A stretch of 56,406 bases of DNA, filler included, from Jimgerdemannia flammicorona (Eukaryota): the NCBI GenBank assembly GCA_003990765.1. It is 3 parts of 3 records of this genome, joined end to end, with 100 filler letters (N's around TTAATTAATTAA, not from the genome) between each part and the next. Parts side by side here need not be neighbours in the genome. Positions count along the whole stretch, not along the records: positions 37,681 to 56,406 come from RBNJ01002124.1; 2 more parts are not named here. One strand, written 5' to 3'. The position numbers and the translations under genes are program-made. Positions 37,759 through 51,130 of the stretch are shown here, piece after piece; the first letter of the stretch is position 1; each line of letters begins with the position of its first letter. The notes below the pieces were generated by a model that worked only from the letters and a program-made list of their open reading frames with translations, ran no database searches and was not told the origin of the DNA.

Positions 37759-39839
37759 ACCGACTCTCTGGAAAAATAGCAAAACTGAAAGCAAGCTTAT
37801 TCTCCCCATACCACTGGTGGAAAACGAGGTATAGATATTTAAGAAGATTCCTTAGAGGAAATTCTCCAGCAGTGAATAATATCAGAATTACTTCTGGCAT
37901 ATGGCATCAAATATATGACCCTTTAATGTATAAATCTAATATGTTAGGCAACTGTACTATGAGCATACCACTTTCTGAGAAAAATAGACCTTACCGAACT
38001 TTTGATCTCCCAAATGGTATAACAATACTAGAACAAAATTAGAAGGCCCCTGATGAGGATGTTGAAAGCTAAGAAGGGGAGAGTTATAAGTGCACAATCT
38101 CCAAGTTACTGAAATCACATATCACCTACTGAACAAGCCACTGAAATCACACACAACCTCTAAACAAATCTGAAAATCACCTGCATGATTATGAAGCTGA
38201 GTCAAACCAAAGTCACAGTGTACAAAGCTAAGTCAATATGAAGTCATGGAATATAAGATTTACACAAACAGAATCTTACCAATTAGGACTAAATACATAT
38301 ATACTGAGCACTGAGATATGTTGAAACAGAAAACCAAAACAAACAACAAACCACAACTTCTGAACATACACAAACATGACCACTGAGATCTACAACTACA
38401 TCTATACTGATATTTGAAATATTATTATCAACTGAGCCACACTCCCTCTGCTCCTCATGAATATCTATAGCCTAACACCCCTCTACTTCGTGGAAGCCTG
38501 ATGGAATACCCTGAACATGCTTAGCAAGACCTACTGAATTAGACAAATCTCAAGCTACTACCAGATTGGCCACCTCCTAGAAGATATGGTTGAACATTAC
38601 CATAATACAGACATCATCCAGATGTCCCAACACCAGAAACTTATCACCCACAAACACCAAGAACTCTTTTATGAGTACAGCACCTTTATTCCCCATCTCC
38701 AAGTTACTATCAGTGAAATGGTTACTACTCTGTCCTATGGCCAAATCGATGATATGATACAAGAACTCAATCACAAGTACCTCAAATATGTTCAAACCAC
38801 AGACAGAACCTTCCCACACCCTGATGACCACATTCTGCAAATGCCCCAAATCAGATATGCCATAAAGGATGTCTATGATATAATCCGATTTGATGAAGAC
38901 AAAGCAGAAGACAATGATCCCTCTGATACTAACATGACCTCAAGCCAAAGATCTCTGCCAACTCTAATCATACTGCCAACCTTGCCAATGAACCTATAAT
39001 AGTTCATAACTATCTATGAGACCTATTGGAACAATGACCACTAGTATGAATACCAACCCATATTTATCTCTGATTACTTCAACTACAATGAAGAAACTAG
39101 AGAACACAACCTGTACCTTCAGACAACTCTCGAGATGGAACCAATAACTCCACCACCTGAATATGAGTGACATGAACTATAGTTACCAGTTTACTACAAC
39201 TCTGTGACTCATAGTGTCATAATCTATAGAAGGTACACAGACAGTGAATCTAATAAAAGCGAAGATGATGTATCCCTTCTTCATCTACCAACATCTTATC
39301 CAGCATATGAGACAGATGATGCTATCCTGTAGGATAGTGATGAAGTCCCAATGTATTACTATCTCAGTGAATAAGGAGAGTTAATCTATGAACAACTCTT
39401 CCTAGATAACTACAGTGCAACCAATCTATAAACCTTAGTAAATTTTAGTAAACTTTAAAATAATAAACAAATTCAAAAAATTAAAAATTAAAAAACTAGC
39501 TCTATTATATGATTCTTTGATTAATTTACTATAATGTAACAGAGCCAGAATTTTTATTTAATTTTTTTTTATATTTTTTTATAATTTTTAAAAATAATTT
39601 TTTTTATTATGTTAAGCCAAAATTTGGCCGCAGTCACATGTTTCTTAGAAAGGAAATCACTATATAAATTTTATAATACTATATAAATTTTATAATAAGA
39701 GATATTTTATTATTGTACAATTATTATTTATTTCTATTAATTTATTTATATTATATATTTTTATATTAGATATAATTACCTTCATTATTTATTTTTCAAA
39801 ACTTATTATTAATTTATTTATATTTATTTATTTTATATT

Positions 39840-41915
39840 TTTATATTAGAAATTCTTTGATGAGAATGATATTTTTTTACTACAACTTCTGCTTTTTTCC
39901 CTATTAATCCTTTATGGTATGCATCCATATATTTAAAAGATTTTCTAGCATATTTATGAATAGTTGTTAATTTAATACTATCTAAAGCTTGAGGAACAGT
40001 TTTATTTAAACTATTCCAAGTATAATCACAATGTTCTCTTGTAAATAATTTTGCAGCTCCCTAATATATTTCAATATAATTAAGTTCACAATGAAATTTA
40101 GGATAAAAAATAATCTTATGGCCAGCTTCAGTAATAATTTTTTCAAGCATACATTTTTGATTAAGAAAATCAGACTGTAATTCTAAAATTCTTTGTATAC
40201 AACAATTATTTTTTAAATGTTTTTCTTCATCTTTAATACATTTTTGACAAATTTTAAGTAAATCATCTTTTTATAATCCTCTTTTTTGTAAAATTATCTT
40301 CATTCCTTTTGGTTGACCTCTTTTTTCTTCTTCAAAATAATTATCTTCAAAATTCATAAATTGTATTTGACTATTTTCTAAAATTGTATTTTTTAATTTT
40401 TTTTTTGTTTTTCTCCCCAATTTAAATTCATTTTTTAACATTTAAAACATCTTCTGCAAATGCTTGATATCCTGTTGAATTATCAAAAGCAAAAATTGCA
40501 ATACAACCAGGATATGTAACTTCAAAAATAGGAATTGCCTTATTTTTTACTTGTTTAACAATATCTTCAGCAGTCTACCAACCATCTTCTTTAACTCCTG
40601 GTATAATAGTTTCTCTTGTCATTTTAGATATATTAGGATATAATAATTGTTGTTCTTCATTTAAATATAAAGATTTAATTGTTTTAGTTAAAAATTCACT
40701 TATCATTAGTACACATCCTTTTCCTTTTTTTCTTAAAGATATTTCATCTTGAGGATGCCAAATTAATTTTGTACTATCATTTGAATAAAAAATAGATTCA
40801 TCATGAGTAACAAAAACATGATATTTTTCATCAATCTCAAGATTAGAAAAAAAAAGTTTTTCAATATCATCTTCATCAAATGTTATTAAAATTTTTTCAT
40901 AAATATTCATTTGATTTAAAAATATTATTCTATCTTTTAAAACATCCTCTCTTTCATAGCCATCATAATAAATTCCTTTTTTAACTTCACTTAAAACCCA
41001 TCCTAATTTTTCTAACCAATTTTGAGCTATATGTTCATGAATAATTTTTGAAATTCCACATGAAGGTAAAATATTTTCATTGATATATTTTTTTAGTAAT
41101 AATGGTGTAATATTAAATTTATGTTCTCTAAGATATTGTAAAACTTTAAGATAAATATCTTCATAAGTTAATAAACTTTTAGTTTTTATATGTTTACCTT
41201 GTTTTGATAAAGAAAGTTGTTGAGTTTTAAACCATTCTTTTGACCAACTTATAATATGGCATGCACTCTAAGCTTTCCATCCTAAACTAATAGTAATAGT
41301 CATACTTGCTTTAGTGATATTATAACCAATTTGTCTAAGTCTTAAATATTGAACAAGAGCCATTAATTTTATTTTTAATTGATTATTAATATTTAGCTCT
41401 ATTAATTTTTCTTTGATATTTTTAATCTCAACTTGATAATTAATATCTTTATCAGATAAATATTCAATATCAATTTCTTCAGTTTCATTTTTATTTTCAT
41501 TATTATTTTCAACTTCATTATTAATATTATTAGTATTTATATAATTAAAAAAATCTGTAATTTTAGCAGAACTTATAGCTATTTCTTTATTTTGTTGTTT
41601 ATGTCTTATTAAAGTACATTCTAAATTATCTCTATATATTGCAATTAATGAACCTGTAATTTTTTGACCTTCATTAAGAATATTTAATAAATTTTTCCAT
41701 TGTTGTTGATTAAAAGTCAAATCTTCTTCTATTTTTTCTTCACTTTCACTGTCTTCTGTTTCAATATAATAAGGTTCACTATCATTTTGTATTTCAATAT
41801 AATAAGATTCATTATCATTTGTAATTTCTTCTTCAATATAAGATGAATATATATTTGCTTTTTTGATAGTACAAGCTTTTTTTAATTGAGCTGCTCTTTT
41901 GTTTGGTGGTGGTAT
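39840..41915 (-). pseudogene. DDE transposase with a few stops and a frameshift; start codon apparently mutated ATG>ATA
   Basis: FVTHDESIFYSND, RKKGKG, FAFDNS, PKGMK..L..RGL, GHKIIFYPKFHCELNYIE.Y*G.AK, SHQRI. The PxxxxELNxIE motif is characteristic of IS630/Tc1 DDE domains. Confidence 0.85.
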
Positions 41916-41949
41916 TTTTTTTTTTTTTTTTTTTTTCAATTAATTGAAA

Positions 41950-42985
41950 CAGATGGATGGATGGATAGATAAAACGATACAGACAAAATGATGATGGTTG
42001 AGGCAGATGGATGAAATGATGACAAAATGATGATGATTGAGGCAGATAGATAAAATGACAATAATTGAGGCAGAGGTGGACAGAATAATTGAGGCAGATG
42101 AAATGATACAGATAAAACAATGATAATTGAGGTAGATGGACAAAATAACAACAATTGAGGCAGATAGATGAAATGATGACAATTGAGGCAGATGGATGAA
42201 ATAATGACAAAATGATGATGATTGAGGCAGATGGACAAAATGATAATGATTGAGACAGAGGTAGACAGAATGATTGAGATGGATGGAATGATGTGGACAA
42301 AATGATGATGATTGAGGCAGATGGACAAATGATGATGATTGAGACAGATGGACAAAATGATGACAATTGAGGCAGATGGAACAATGTGGACAAAACAATA
42401 ATGATTGAGACAGATAGACGATAACAATTGAGGCAGATGGATGAAATGATGACAATTGAGGTAGATGGAATGATGTAGACAAAATGATGACAGTTGAGGC
42501 AGATGGATGAAATGATGACAAAATGACAATGATTGAGGTAGATGGACAAAATGATGATGATTGAGATAGAGGTAGACAGAATGATTGAGGTGGATAGAAT
42601 GACATAGACAAAACAATGATGATTGAGACAAATGGACAAAACAATAATGATTGAAGCAGATGGATGAAACAATAACAATTGAGGCAGATGGACGAAATGA
42701 TGACAAAACGATGCCAATTGAGATAGATGGACAAAATGATGATGATTGAGACAGATAGATAAAAGACAATGATTGAGGCAGATAGATGAAATGATGACAA
42801 TTGAGGCAGATAGAACAATGTAGACAAAATAATGATGATTGAGGCAGATGGACAAAATGATGACGATTAAGGCAGAGATAGACAGAATAATTGAGGTAGA
42901 TGGAATGATGTAAACAAAATGATGATGATTGAGGCAGATGGATGAAATGATAACAATTGAGGCAGATGGAATGATGATTGAGGCC
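41950..42985. repeat. ~1-kb minisatellite (attgaggcagatgga(c/t)aaaatgatgatg-like units) inside the DNA transposon, upstream of the transposase
   Basis: Dozens of visible imperfect units. Source of the three overlapping low-complexity minus-strand ORFs. Confidence 0.92.
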
Positions 42986-43222
42986 AACAATTAAAATGAC
43001 AATGAGAATAATTGAAATAGCAATTGAAATGAGAGTTTTCCAAAGAATATCTCAAATGAGATAATTAAAAAAAAAAAAACCAGTTAGCTTCCCCTTTAGG
43101 ATTTTTAACTCAGTTGTAATAACTTGAGAACCATCAACTTCAGCTTCAAAATATAAGTTCTGGTATGATAAACCTTTCCTCCAAGAAATATGAAGACTAT
43201 ATAAACCCAAACCCAGTTAAAG

Positions 43223-43261
<39 letters not shown>

Positions 43262-44440
43262 CAGCAGAGTTTCTTACAGTCTTGCAGTACAAATAGTAGT
43301 TTATTATTAATAGTACTCAAAGAGGTTGACTTCAGATTAAGGTTCTAGCCTAATATATATACATGTATATATCTAGTCAACTTTTGGTATTATAACAGAT
43401 AATAGAGACAGACCAATTATATACTTAGGGAGAGGCAGAAGACTTGTAATGATTTTGACATAGTTGAGATGTTTTTTTTTGACACACATGATCACATGAC
43501 CATTGATCACATGTTGCCAGAAGGTCAGAAATTGGCTGCAGTTACAATGATTTGATCACGTGAGATTGGTCACACTGTACTTCATCAGAGATAATGTCAT
43601 CAATAGTGATGTTATCGAAGACTATCCAGACAGCATCTAAATCTATAGATAGCTTAGCAGTCATAGTATAGTTAGATTAGCCTTGTACAATGTGACTGTG
43701 AACTGACTCAGCAGTCAGACGATCTCTTGATATATTAGATCACACTTGTACTATATAACTACATTCTGACTCAGCAAAGCACTAAGTGCTATATCCATAT
43801 TCAGCATAGCCCAGATAGCCTCTCACTAGTATAAATACCCCCTCTCCCAGACCTCAGAATCTCAGACTTAAACAGACTCAAACACACAAGAACATTTCTG
43901 AATACTTCTCCACAATATCTCTTCATACAACTACTCCTAGTATAGCAATATCATAAATAACAAATAAATCTATTTAATAACCCACAAACCACTCTTAAGT
44001 AAATCCACTCTCCATTAGGTCCCACTCCTAACCCTGTTATGAAATTTCCTAATTGGGTATTGTCTGCAGCGATATGCCAATTTAACTAAGCTGGTCTTAG
44101 TTTCTTGAACTTTCTGAAATATGGAAAATCCTGAATATCTAGAACTAGTCCAAAAAAAGACTTTGAGTTGAGATGTCAATCTGATCTTGAAATCAATAAG
44201 CGTAGAGGATGTACTCCATATGAAATTGATCTTGACCTTAAGAAAATAGTCTTTCAGAATATCCAGAACTTCCAGAAAACCCTTCCAGAACTACATAATA
44301 GTTACTCTAAAAAGCAACCCTCTTACACAGTTCCTGCCAATAAGCTGATATATTTTGTTTGAAGTTTCTTTTAGTTTTATTGTTTATTATATATAACTTT
44401 GAGAATTCAATGAGAATATTGATTCTTAAGGAGGAGGAGA

Positions 44441-46047
44441 TGTAATATTTTAGCATAGTTTACTTCTTTTCTTTATCTTTCTTCAATATTCTACAACCTT
44501 CCGGTACTTTCCAAATACTTAGAAATCCTCTCTTGGTACTGAGTATCCACTAGTACTTATTTAGCTAGTCACTGAATGTCCTGGAAACTTATAGAACTTT
44601 ATTTGTCATCATTTGTCATCTTTACTGAGAACTTTTCTCTTAGTATTTTCCTTTGATTTCTCAGATCCTTCTGGATCCTTCTTTCAGATCTTATATAAAT
44701 ATCCCCTTTATTCTTATAAATAAAGCTCAGAATATTTTCTCCCAGAAATCTTTCAAGAATACTTTTTTTTTTTTTTTTTTTTTTTTTTTAATGGACTCAA
44801 TGTCCTGCAGATTTTTATTGGAAGAGAACCTAGACTATATAGGCCAAAACCCTCTCCCACCACCCATCAAGTACTGCTCCCTCATTAACCTAGGCTAGCT
44901 ATTATCCAGCAGCTCGACCATGTTAGGCACAGCAGGGCCTATGGTGGCCCACACCTCATTCTGCATACCATACTCTTCCTACTACCAGGGAAAACCCAAC
45001 CATACACCAACAACCAAAAGCATATACCTGAGAACCTAATGTATATACAAGATCACACTCAAGCTGAATAGAAAAGCCTCTGCTACTCCAAAGAGAATGA
45101 CAGATAAAGAAAAACTCTCATCAAAGCACAATATGGTGGATAGGGCCTGATTCTCCCAGTCAAGATGAGTAAAGGACTTATACATAAGATGGAAGGAGAC
45201 CCCCAATACCCCACTACTCAAGCTTGTAGGCCTCAATCATACTCCCAGTTCTAGTTGAGTGCAGCCAAGATGTCTGAAATAGGTAGCCTCAGGCCCCTGA
45301 CCCCCTCTGATGACCAGGGTCTAATCCGCCAACCCGCCAAAAGAAGCCAAGAGTGACACCTACCACCTAACCACACCACACTAATCAAAAGGCCCCATCA
45401 AAGCAGTACCTGCCCTAGCCCCAATGACTGCCCCTAGCCTGGCATCCTACTGGTTCACTGTTATCACCCTTCCTCCTATCTGTGACAGCCATCTCTCCTC
45501 CCATCCCAACAACACCTGAAAAGCAGTCACCTATGTTAGAACTGCACTCGCCGGGAAGCTTGCCAAAGTCAGAGGGCCCCACCATAGGCACTGAGGACCT
45601 GTAGGTAACCTATACTAAGCACTTGATGCCCAAGGTCAGCCAACTTTCTATGTAGTCCAAGACACACCAAGATACCACCTTGTTGGTGATGGCAAAAGGA
45701 AGAAGGCACTGCACCAAAATGGATGCACTCCAGATGCAGCCAAAGGCACTAAAAACTGTGAAAAAGTAGAGAAGACACCGATCTGACACCAATAAAGAGA
45801 CAACTCATCACTATTGTCCTCCTCCCACTATACCCATGCAGGTACAGCAAACCAACCCAAGGTAGAGGAGATAATAATAGGAGAAAGAGGACTTGGAAGA
45901 TTGCCTACTAAACCTTGTAACTGGTAAGGTAGCAGAGAAAGAAGTTATCTGCTCCTTCAAGAATACTTGAATTCTTAAGTATCTCTTTGAGCTACTTAGA
46001 ACCACCAGAACTAGTCACTTCCTCATTTAGAAACTAGAACTGTTACA
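44441..46047 (+). mobile_element. Short LTR (~0.42 kb net, family D) preceded by a PPT and interrupted by a retroposon
   Basis: AAGGAGGAGGAGA then TGTAATATTTTAG ... CTAGAACTGTTACA (imperfect terminal inverted repeat). Confidence 0.65.
44764..45952 (-). mobile_element. Full-length ~1.2-kb retroposon copy
   Basis: Poly(T) at the left end; ~15-bp TSD TCTTTCAAGAATACT (44749-44763) / TCCTTCAAGAATACT (45953-45967). Confidence 0.9.
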
Positions 46048-46311
46048 ATAATGCACTATCTCCTCAGTTGAATAGCTTCTCAAATAAGTAGTTTTTTTAA
46101 TTCTTTCTTAACTACTTTTATTTCAAGAGATGATATATAATATATATATTTCTTAGATAGTATAGCTTCTGAAGTAAGTTTAATTTCATAGTTTACTTCT
46201 TATATAGATAGTGGTAGATCAGATAGCTTATCTGGAAAAAACATTCTTAAATTTAACTAATAGCAACTTGATACTTTTATTGATTAATAGTCTTTTATCT
46301 TACTTCTTAAG

Positions 46312-48343
46312 TGTAAGAGGGTTGCTTTTTTAGAGTAACTGTTACATAGTTCTGGAAGGGTTTTCTGGAAGTTCTGGATATTCTGGAAGACTGTTTTCTT
46401 ATAATCAAGATCAATTTCATATAGAGTGTGTCCTCTATACTTATTGATTTCAAGATTGGGTTGACATCTCAACCAAAGTCCTTTTTCAGACTAGTTCTGG
46501 ATGTTCAGGAGTTTCCATATTTCAGAAAGTTAAGAAACTAAGACCAGCTTAGTTGAATTGGCATATCACTGCAGACAATACCCAATTAGGAAATTTTGTG
46601 ATAGGGTTAGGAGTGAGACCTAATGAGAAGCAGATTTACTTAAGAGTAGTTTGTGAGTTATTAAATAGGTTTATTCACTATTTATGATATTGCTATACTA
46701 GGAGTAGTTGTATAAAGGGATATTGTGGGGAAGTACTCAGAAGTTGTATTTGAATTGTCCAGGTCCTAGATTCTGAGGTCTGAGGGAGGGGGTATTTATA
46801 CTAGTGAGGGGCTATCTGGACTATGCTAAATATAGATGTAGCACTAAGTGCCTTGCTGAGTTAGAATGCAGTCATATAGTACAAGAGTGATCTGATATAT
46901 AAAGAGATCGTCTGACTGCTGAGTTAGTTCACAGTTACATCATAAGGCTAATCTAACTATACTATAACTGCTAAGCAATTTATAGGTTTAGATACTATCT
47001 GGGTAGTCTTCGATGACATCACCATCGATTGTATCATCTCTGATAAAGTAGTCATCTAGGAAGAGTGGTTCACAGATTACTTCTCCTTGTTTGCTGAGGT
47101 AATAATATATTGAGACTTCATCACTATCCTATAGGATCATATCATCTGCCTCATATACTAGATAAGGTGTTAGTGGGTAGAGGAGTAGTGCATTACCTTC
47201 GCTTTCATTGGATTTGCTATCTGCATATCTTTTATAGGTTACAGTACTATGAGTCATGAGATTGTAGTAAGCTGGCGGCTGTAGTTCATGTCATTCATAC
47301 TCAGGTAGTAGAGTGGTTGGTTCGATCTCGAGGGTTGTCTGAAGATACAGGTTGTGTTCTCTGGTCTCTTCATTATAGTTGAAGTAATCAGGAGTAAACA
47401 CAGGTTGGTATTCATATCAATAGTCATTGTCCCAATAAGTCTCATATACTGTTATGAATTGTTATAAGTTCATCAGCAAGGTTGGTGGTGTGATCAGGGT
47501 TGGCAGAGATTCTTGGCTTGAGGTTATGTCAGCATCAGAGGGATCATTGTCTTCTACTTCATCTTTATCAAAGTGGATTATATCATAGATATCCTTCATA
47601 GCATATCTGACTTGAGACATTTGTAGAATATGGTCATTCAGGTGTGGGAAGATTCTATCTGTAGTTTCAACATACTTAAGGTACTTATGGTTGAGTTTTT
47701 ATATCATATCATCGATTTGGCCATAGGATAGGGTGGCAATCATTTCAGTAGTAGTAACTTAGAGGCAGAGAATAACAGTGCTATACTCATAGAAAAGTTC
47801 TCGATATTTATGGGTGATGAGCTTCTGGTGTTGAGACATCTGGGTAATGTCTGTATCATGGTGGTGTTCGACCATGTCTTCTAGGAGGCAGCCAATCTGA
47901 TAGTAGCTTGAGATTTGTCTGATTCGGTGGGCCTCGTTAAGCATGTTCAGGGCATTCCATCGGGCTTCCACGAAGTAGAGGGGTGCTAGGCTATGGATAT
48001 TTATGAGGGGCAGAGGGGGTGTGGCTCGGTTGATAATGGTATTCTAAATGTCAGCATAAATGCGGTTATAGATCTCAGTGGTCATGTTCATGTATGTTCA
48101 GAAGTTGTGGTTGTTATTTGTTTTAGTTCTCTGTTTTGATATGTCTCGGGGCTTGGTATATATGCATTTGGTCCTGATTGATAAGATTCTATTTGTGTAA
48201 ATCTTGTGTTCCATGACTTCATATTGACTCAGCTTTGTATGCTGTGACTTTGGTTTGACTCAGCTTCATGATCAAGCAAGTGATTTCCAGATTTGTTTGG
48301 AGGTCACATGTGATTTCAGTGGCTTGGAGGTTGTGTGCTTACA
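46312..48343 (-). mobile_element. Solo LTR, family A (2032 bp), carrying a U3 ORF
   Basis: Perfect TGTAAG...CTTACA termini and exact 5-bp TSD TTAAG (46307-46311 / 48344-48348). TATAAATACCCC on the minus strand at ~46800-46789. Confidence 0.92.
46988..48085 (-). pseudogene. LTR-encoded unknown protein (family A), 366 codons, uninterrupted copy with deamination-type stops
   Basis: MTTEIYNRIYADI*NTII..ARWNALNMLNEAHRIRQISSYYQIGCLL..YRELFYEY..ATLSYGQIDDMI...IEDYPDSI*. The 1098-nt span is a multiple of 3 and is colinear with the plus-strand copy. Confidence 0.78.
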
Positions 48344-49957
48344 TTAAGTTAGATAATAGTAATAAAAGTATATATTACTTTCTTAAGTACTTTCTTATAT
48401 TGTATTATAAATAAGATTATAATATAAGTCTTATTTATAGGCTTATCTATCTTGATAGTGATATTGATTTCATCTTATATTAAAATAACTTTATTTTTTA
48501 TACTAATTAATATTTAGGTTATATTTTATAAGTTAGAGTTTTCCTAAGATTAGGTCATAATCTTCTAGGAGTACAACCTCAAATTAACTCATTCTCAATA
48601 TTTCTAAATCTTGATAGATAGTTTAGCTACAATTAATTAAGAGAATATAGTATATCATCTACTATAACCACTCTATCATTCTTAAGTATAGACTTAGTGA
48701 GAATCTTGAGATTTTTAATAAAGTTCTAATTAATAAAGTTATTAGCTACTCTACTATTAATAAGTACTTAGACTTTATTTCCTTTAATTAGATCTTTAAA
48801 GATAAGTATAACTTAAGCTCAGTTCTTCAATAGACTTACTGCTTAGTCTATACTTCTAAAGTTTTTCTGATCTCACTTAATTATAGATAGTTCTTGAACT
48901 TCTATAACCTTAGGCTGACTTATTTCTTCTAAAATCATTTGTATTACTTGATCTACTTCTTTAATAGTATAATCTTAGTTCTTTTGATTAATAAGTAAGA
49001 CTTAAACTTATCTATAATAATCTAAATCAATAATATCAATACTAATATTTAAGTAATAGTTGATGCTGAGTTCTGATCTAGCTGTAATTCTTATATAATG
49101 ATCTTCTGAATATTGAATTACAATTTTAGTAAATACTAGAACTCTTCTTCTGATAGAAATAATAACTTATTTAACTGAGTATAGATTAAGTTTAATGGTT
49201 TCTTCTAATTGATATTAAGAGATCTGAGCTCTCAGATATAGCTTTTTGATCTTTAGTTCTAGTTAACTAGATAAGATTGATAAATATATCTTTAGACAAT
49301 ATGGTAACTAATCTGACTAGTTCACTTATCTTCTTAGAATATTTGATTACAATATGTCTATCTGATAGTAGAAGAAATATACTTCTGACTTCTTCAGATA
49401 TTTCTTCTCTTCTGAGATAAGCTTGGTATTCTTCTTATTTATAGAATTCAGATCTATTGAAGCTGGTCTCACTATCTTGAACTAGTTCTTAGAGTAGTTT
49501 TCAAAATCATTCTTTTTATAGTATTTTAGTTCAAAGTAATATTTAGCCATAGATAATGATATTAAATCTAATAAAGGGTAATCCAAGTGACTATAAAAAA
49601 AAAAAAAAAAAAAAATGATATTAAATCTATTAGCTATCTTTATAGTTTTTTTAAAAGAACTTAGTTCTTCTAACTCAATCTTGACTTATATATTTTCTTT
49701 TAAATCTTAGATATAGCAGTCTATCTTCTTATCTTCTATAATATTAGATATTGTGACATACGCAATTGATAATGGAGTACTGGTGACTGCTAAGATCAGA
49801 TGATATAATGGTATGACAATCGAATAGACAGCCTGACCCACTAAGTGATTACCCCAAAAGGAGCAATGATAATCCGAGCCAAAAGGAAGACTACATTATT
49901 TAAAGAACCATACTCCACCTCAAGAATCAGCACCAAAGAACAAGTACCTACCACATA

Positions 49958-50884
49958 ATGCCTCCTATCTGCCGCCCCAACCAGACCTCCTGCTGCTCTT
50001 CCCTCTTGCCTGGCCCAAAGACTCTAATCCTTGAAGCTATCAAGAAGGCTATTTGGCGCCCAAACACCTCTGAACATCTGAACTTCTACACCAAGGACCT
50101 TGGACACTTCATCAATTATCAGTACATAATGATCCAATAGCTTAAAGATACCACTGAACAAATGACCCTCTGGCATGATTACGAAATTGGACACCGCCTT
50201 CGTAATGAAACCCAAGAAGATGACCAGGAAGACCTCATTGCCGAAATGTTAACCACCAGCCAGCTAATCAAAAGAGCCCTCTGTGTCCACCAAATCTTCC
50301 ACCATATTCTCTGGGCTATAGTATACTTACAAGAAGTGACTGCTGGAAGTCTTGCCTGTCTCTCAACTGAAGATGCAGACTGGATAGAATCAGAAGTAGC
50401 CAACTCTATTGGTAGTAACTGAGTTGCTGTAGGAAGCCAACAAACTGAGCCCACTCAACCAGGCTTTCACACCACTCCACTCTGAGACAACCATCAAGGT
50501 TACCTAATGAGTCTCATGGAAATCTTCGAAGGACCACCTATTACCATTGCAATACCTGTTGGAGCAACCCCAACTACTCACCACCCTGTCAGCTATAATT
50601 CACACCTCATCATTTGGGAACCAAATTAAGAAGTCTCAGAAGTCCCTACCAATACAGAAACTGAAGGATCTGAGGAAGAAGAAGAGGAGGAACAAAGAAT
50701 CTACCAATCTTCTGTCTGCCTTCAAGCAGTCCAAGGGTTGGAGAATGTCATCGAAGATGATTGGCCACAATTCTACCCCCTCACCTCCTGGCCGGCGCTC
50801 CCATCCTTTGAAGAATGAAATGAAGAAGTCACAACCCAGCAAGATGATTGGTTCACTGACGAAGGGTACTTTACAATTCAGTGA
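49958..50884 (+). pseudogene. LTR-encoded unknown protein (family B), 309 codons, single frame with 5 internal stops
   Basis: MPPICRPNQ..LEAIKKAI..LNFYTKDLGHFINY..LWHDYEIGHRL..ALCVHQIFHHILWAIVYLQEV..CLS..IESEVA, then an acidic tail (SEEEEEEQ, DDW). Stops are TAG/TGA/TAA, consistent with CAG/CGA/CAA deamination. Confidence 0.78.
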
Positions 50885-51130
50885 TCCAATGTCTGTTTCC
50901 TCAGTCCGGTCAGCCAATGTTTATCAGCAAGTCAGTAACATTCGTTTCCAGTGATATCATCTCCAACAACTGAATCTGGCACTGGCACTTGTCTTATCCC
51001 AATTCAGTGATCCAACATCTGTTTCCTCAGTCCGATCAGCCAACGTTTGTCAGCAAGTCAGTAACATCTGTTTTTAGTGATACCACCCACAACATCCATA
51101 TCTAGCACTAGCACTCATCTTATCCCAATT
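50874..51130. repeat. 126-bp tandem duplication between the ORF stop and TATA box of LTR B
   Basis: caattcagtgatccaa... recurs at 50874 and 51000. Confidence 0.88.

Larger units (their letters stand above)
39413..43577 (-). mobile_element. IS630/Tc1/mariner-superfamily DNA transposon, 4165 bp
   Basis: TIRs CAGTGCAACCAATCT / AGATTGGTCACACTG with TA target duplication (39411-12, 43578-79). Removing it restores the family A LTR. Confidence 0.9.
38376..43639 (+). pseudogene. LTR-encoded unknown protein (family A), ~366 codons, interrupted near its 3' end by the 39413-43577 transposon
   Basis: MTTEIYNYIYTDI*N..RQISSYYQIGHLL..HQELFYEYSTFIPHLQV..TLSYGQIDDMIQEL, then an acidic tail. The frame continues across the excised insertion (..LDNY|FIRDNVI..PDSI*). 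Confidence 0.75.
37759..44327 (+). mobile_element. 3' end of an LTR retrotransposon (family A): internal remnant, PPT (38071-38083) and ~2.1-kb 3' LTR (38085-44327) split by a DNA transposon
   Basis: AAGAAGGGGAGAG lies just before TATAAG (=TGTAAG); the LTR ends CTTACA at 44327. 38085-39412 plus 43580-44327 align to the reverse complement of solo LTR 46312-48343. KLKASLFSPY upstream resembles a gypsy integrase GPY/F tail (weak). Confidence 0.82.

Noticed and set aside
41833..42990. Three overlapping long ORFs (385, 295 and 277 aa) on the minus strand
   Set aside because: They are translations of a stop-poor minisatellite, open in all three frames with low-complexity I/S/H/C repeats. Not a CRISPR array either: there are no unique spacers and the context is eukaryotic.
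43580..47050. Apparent large inverted repeat (43580-44327 vs 46312-47050) suggesting a TIR element
   Set aside because: Explained by two independent family A LTR copies in opposite orientation, each with its own termini.
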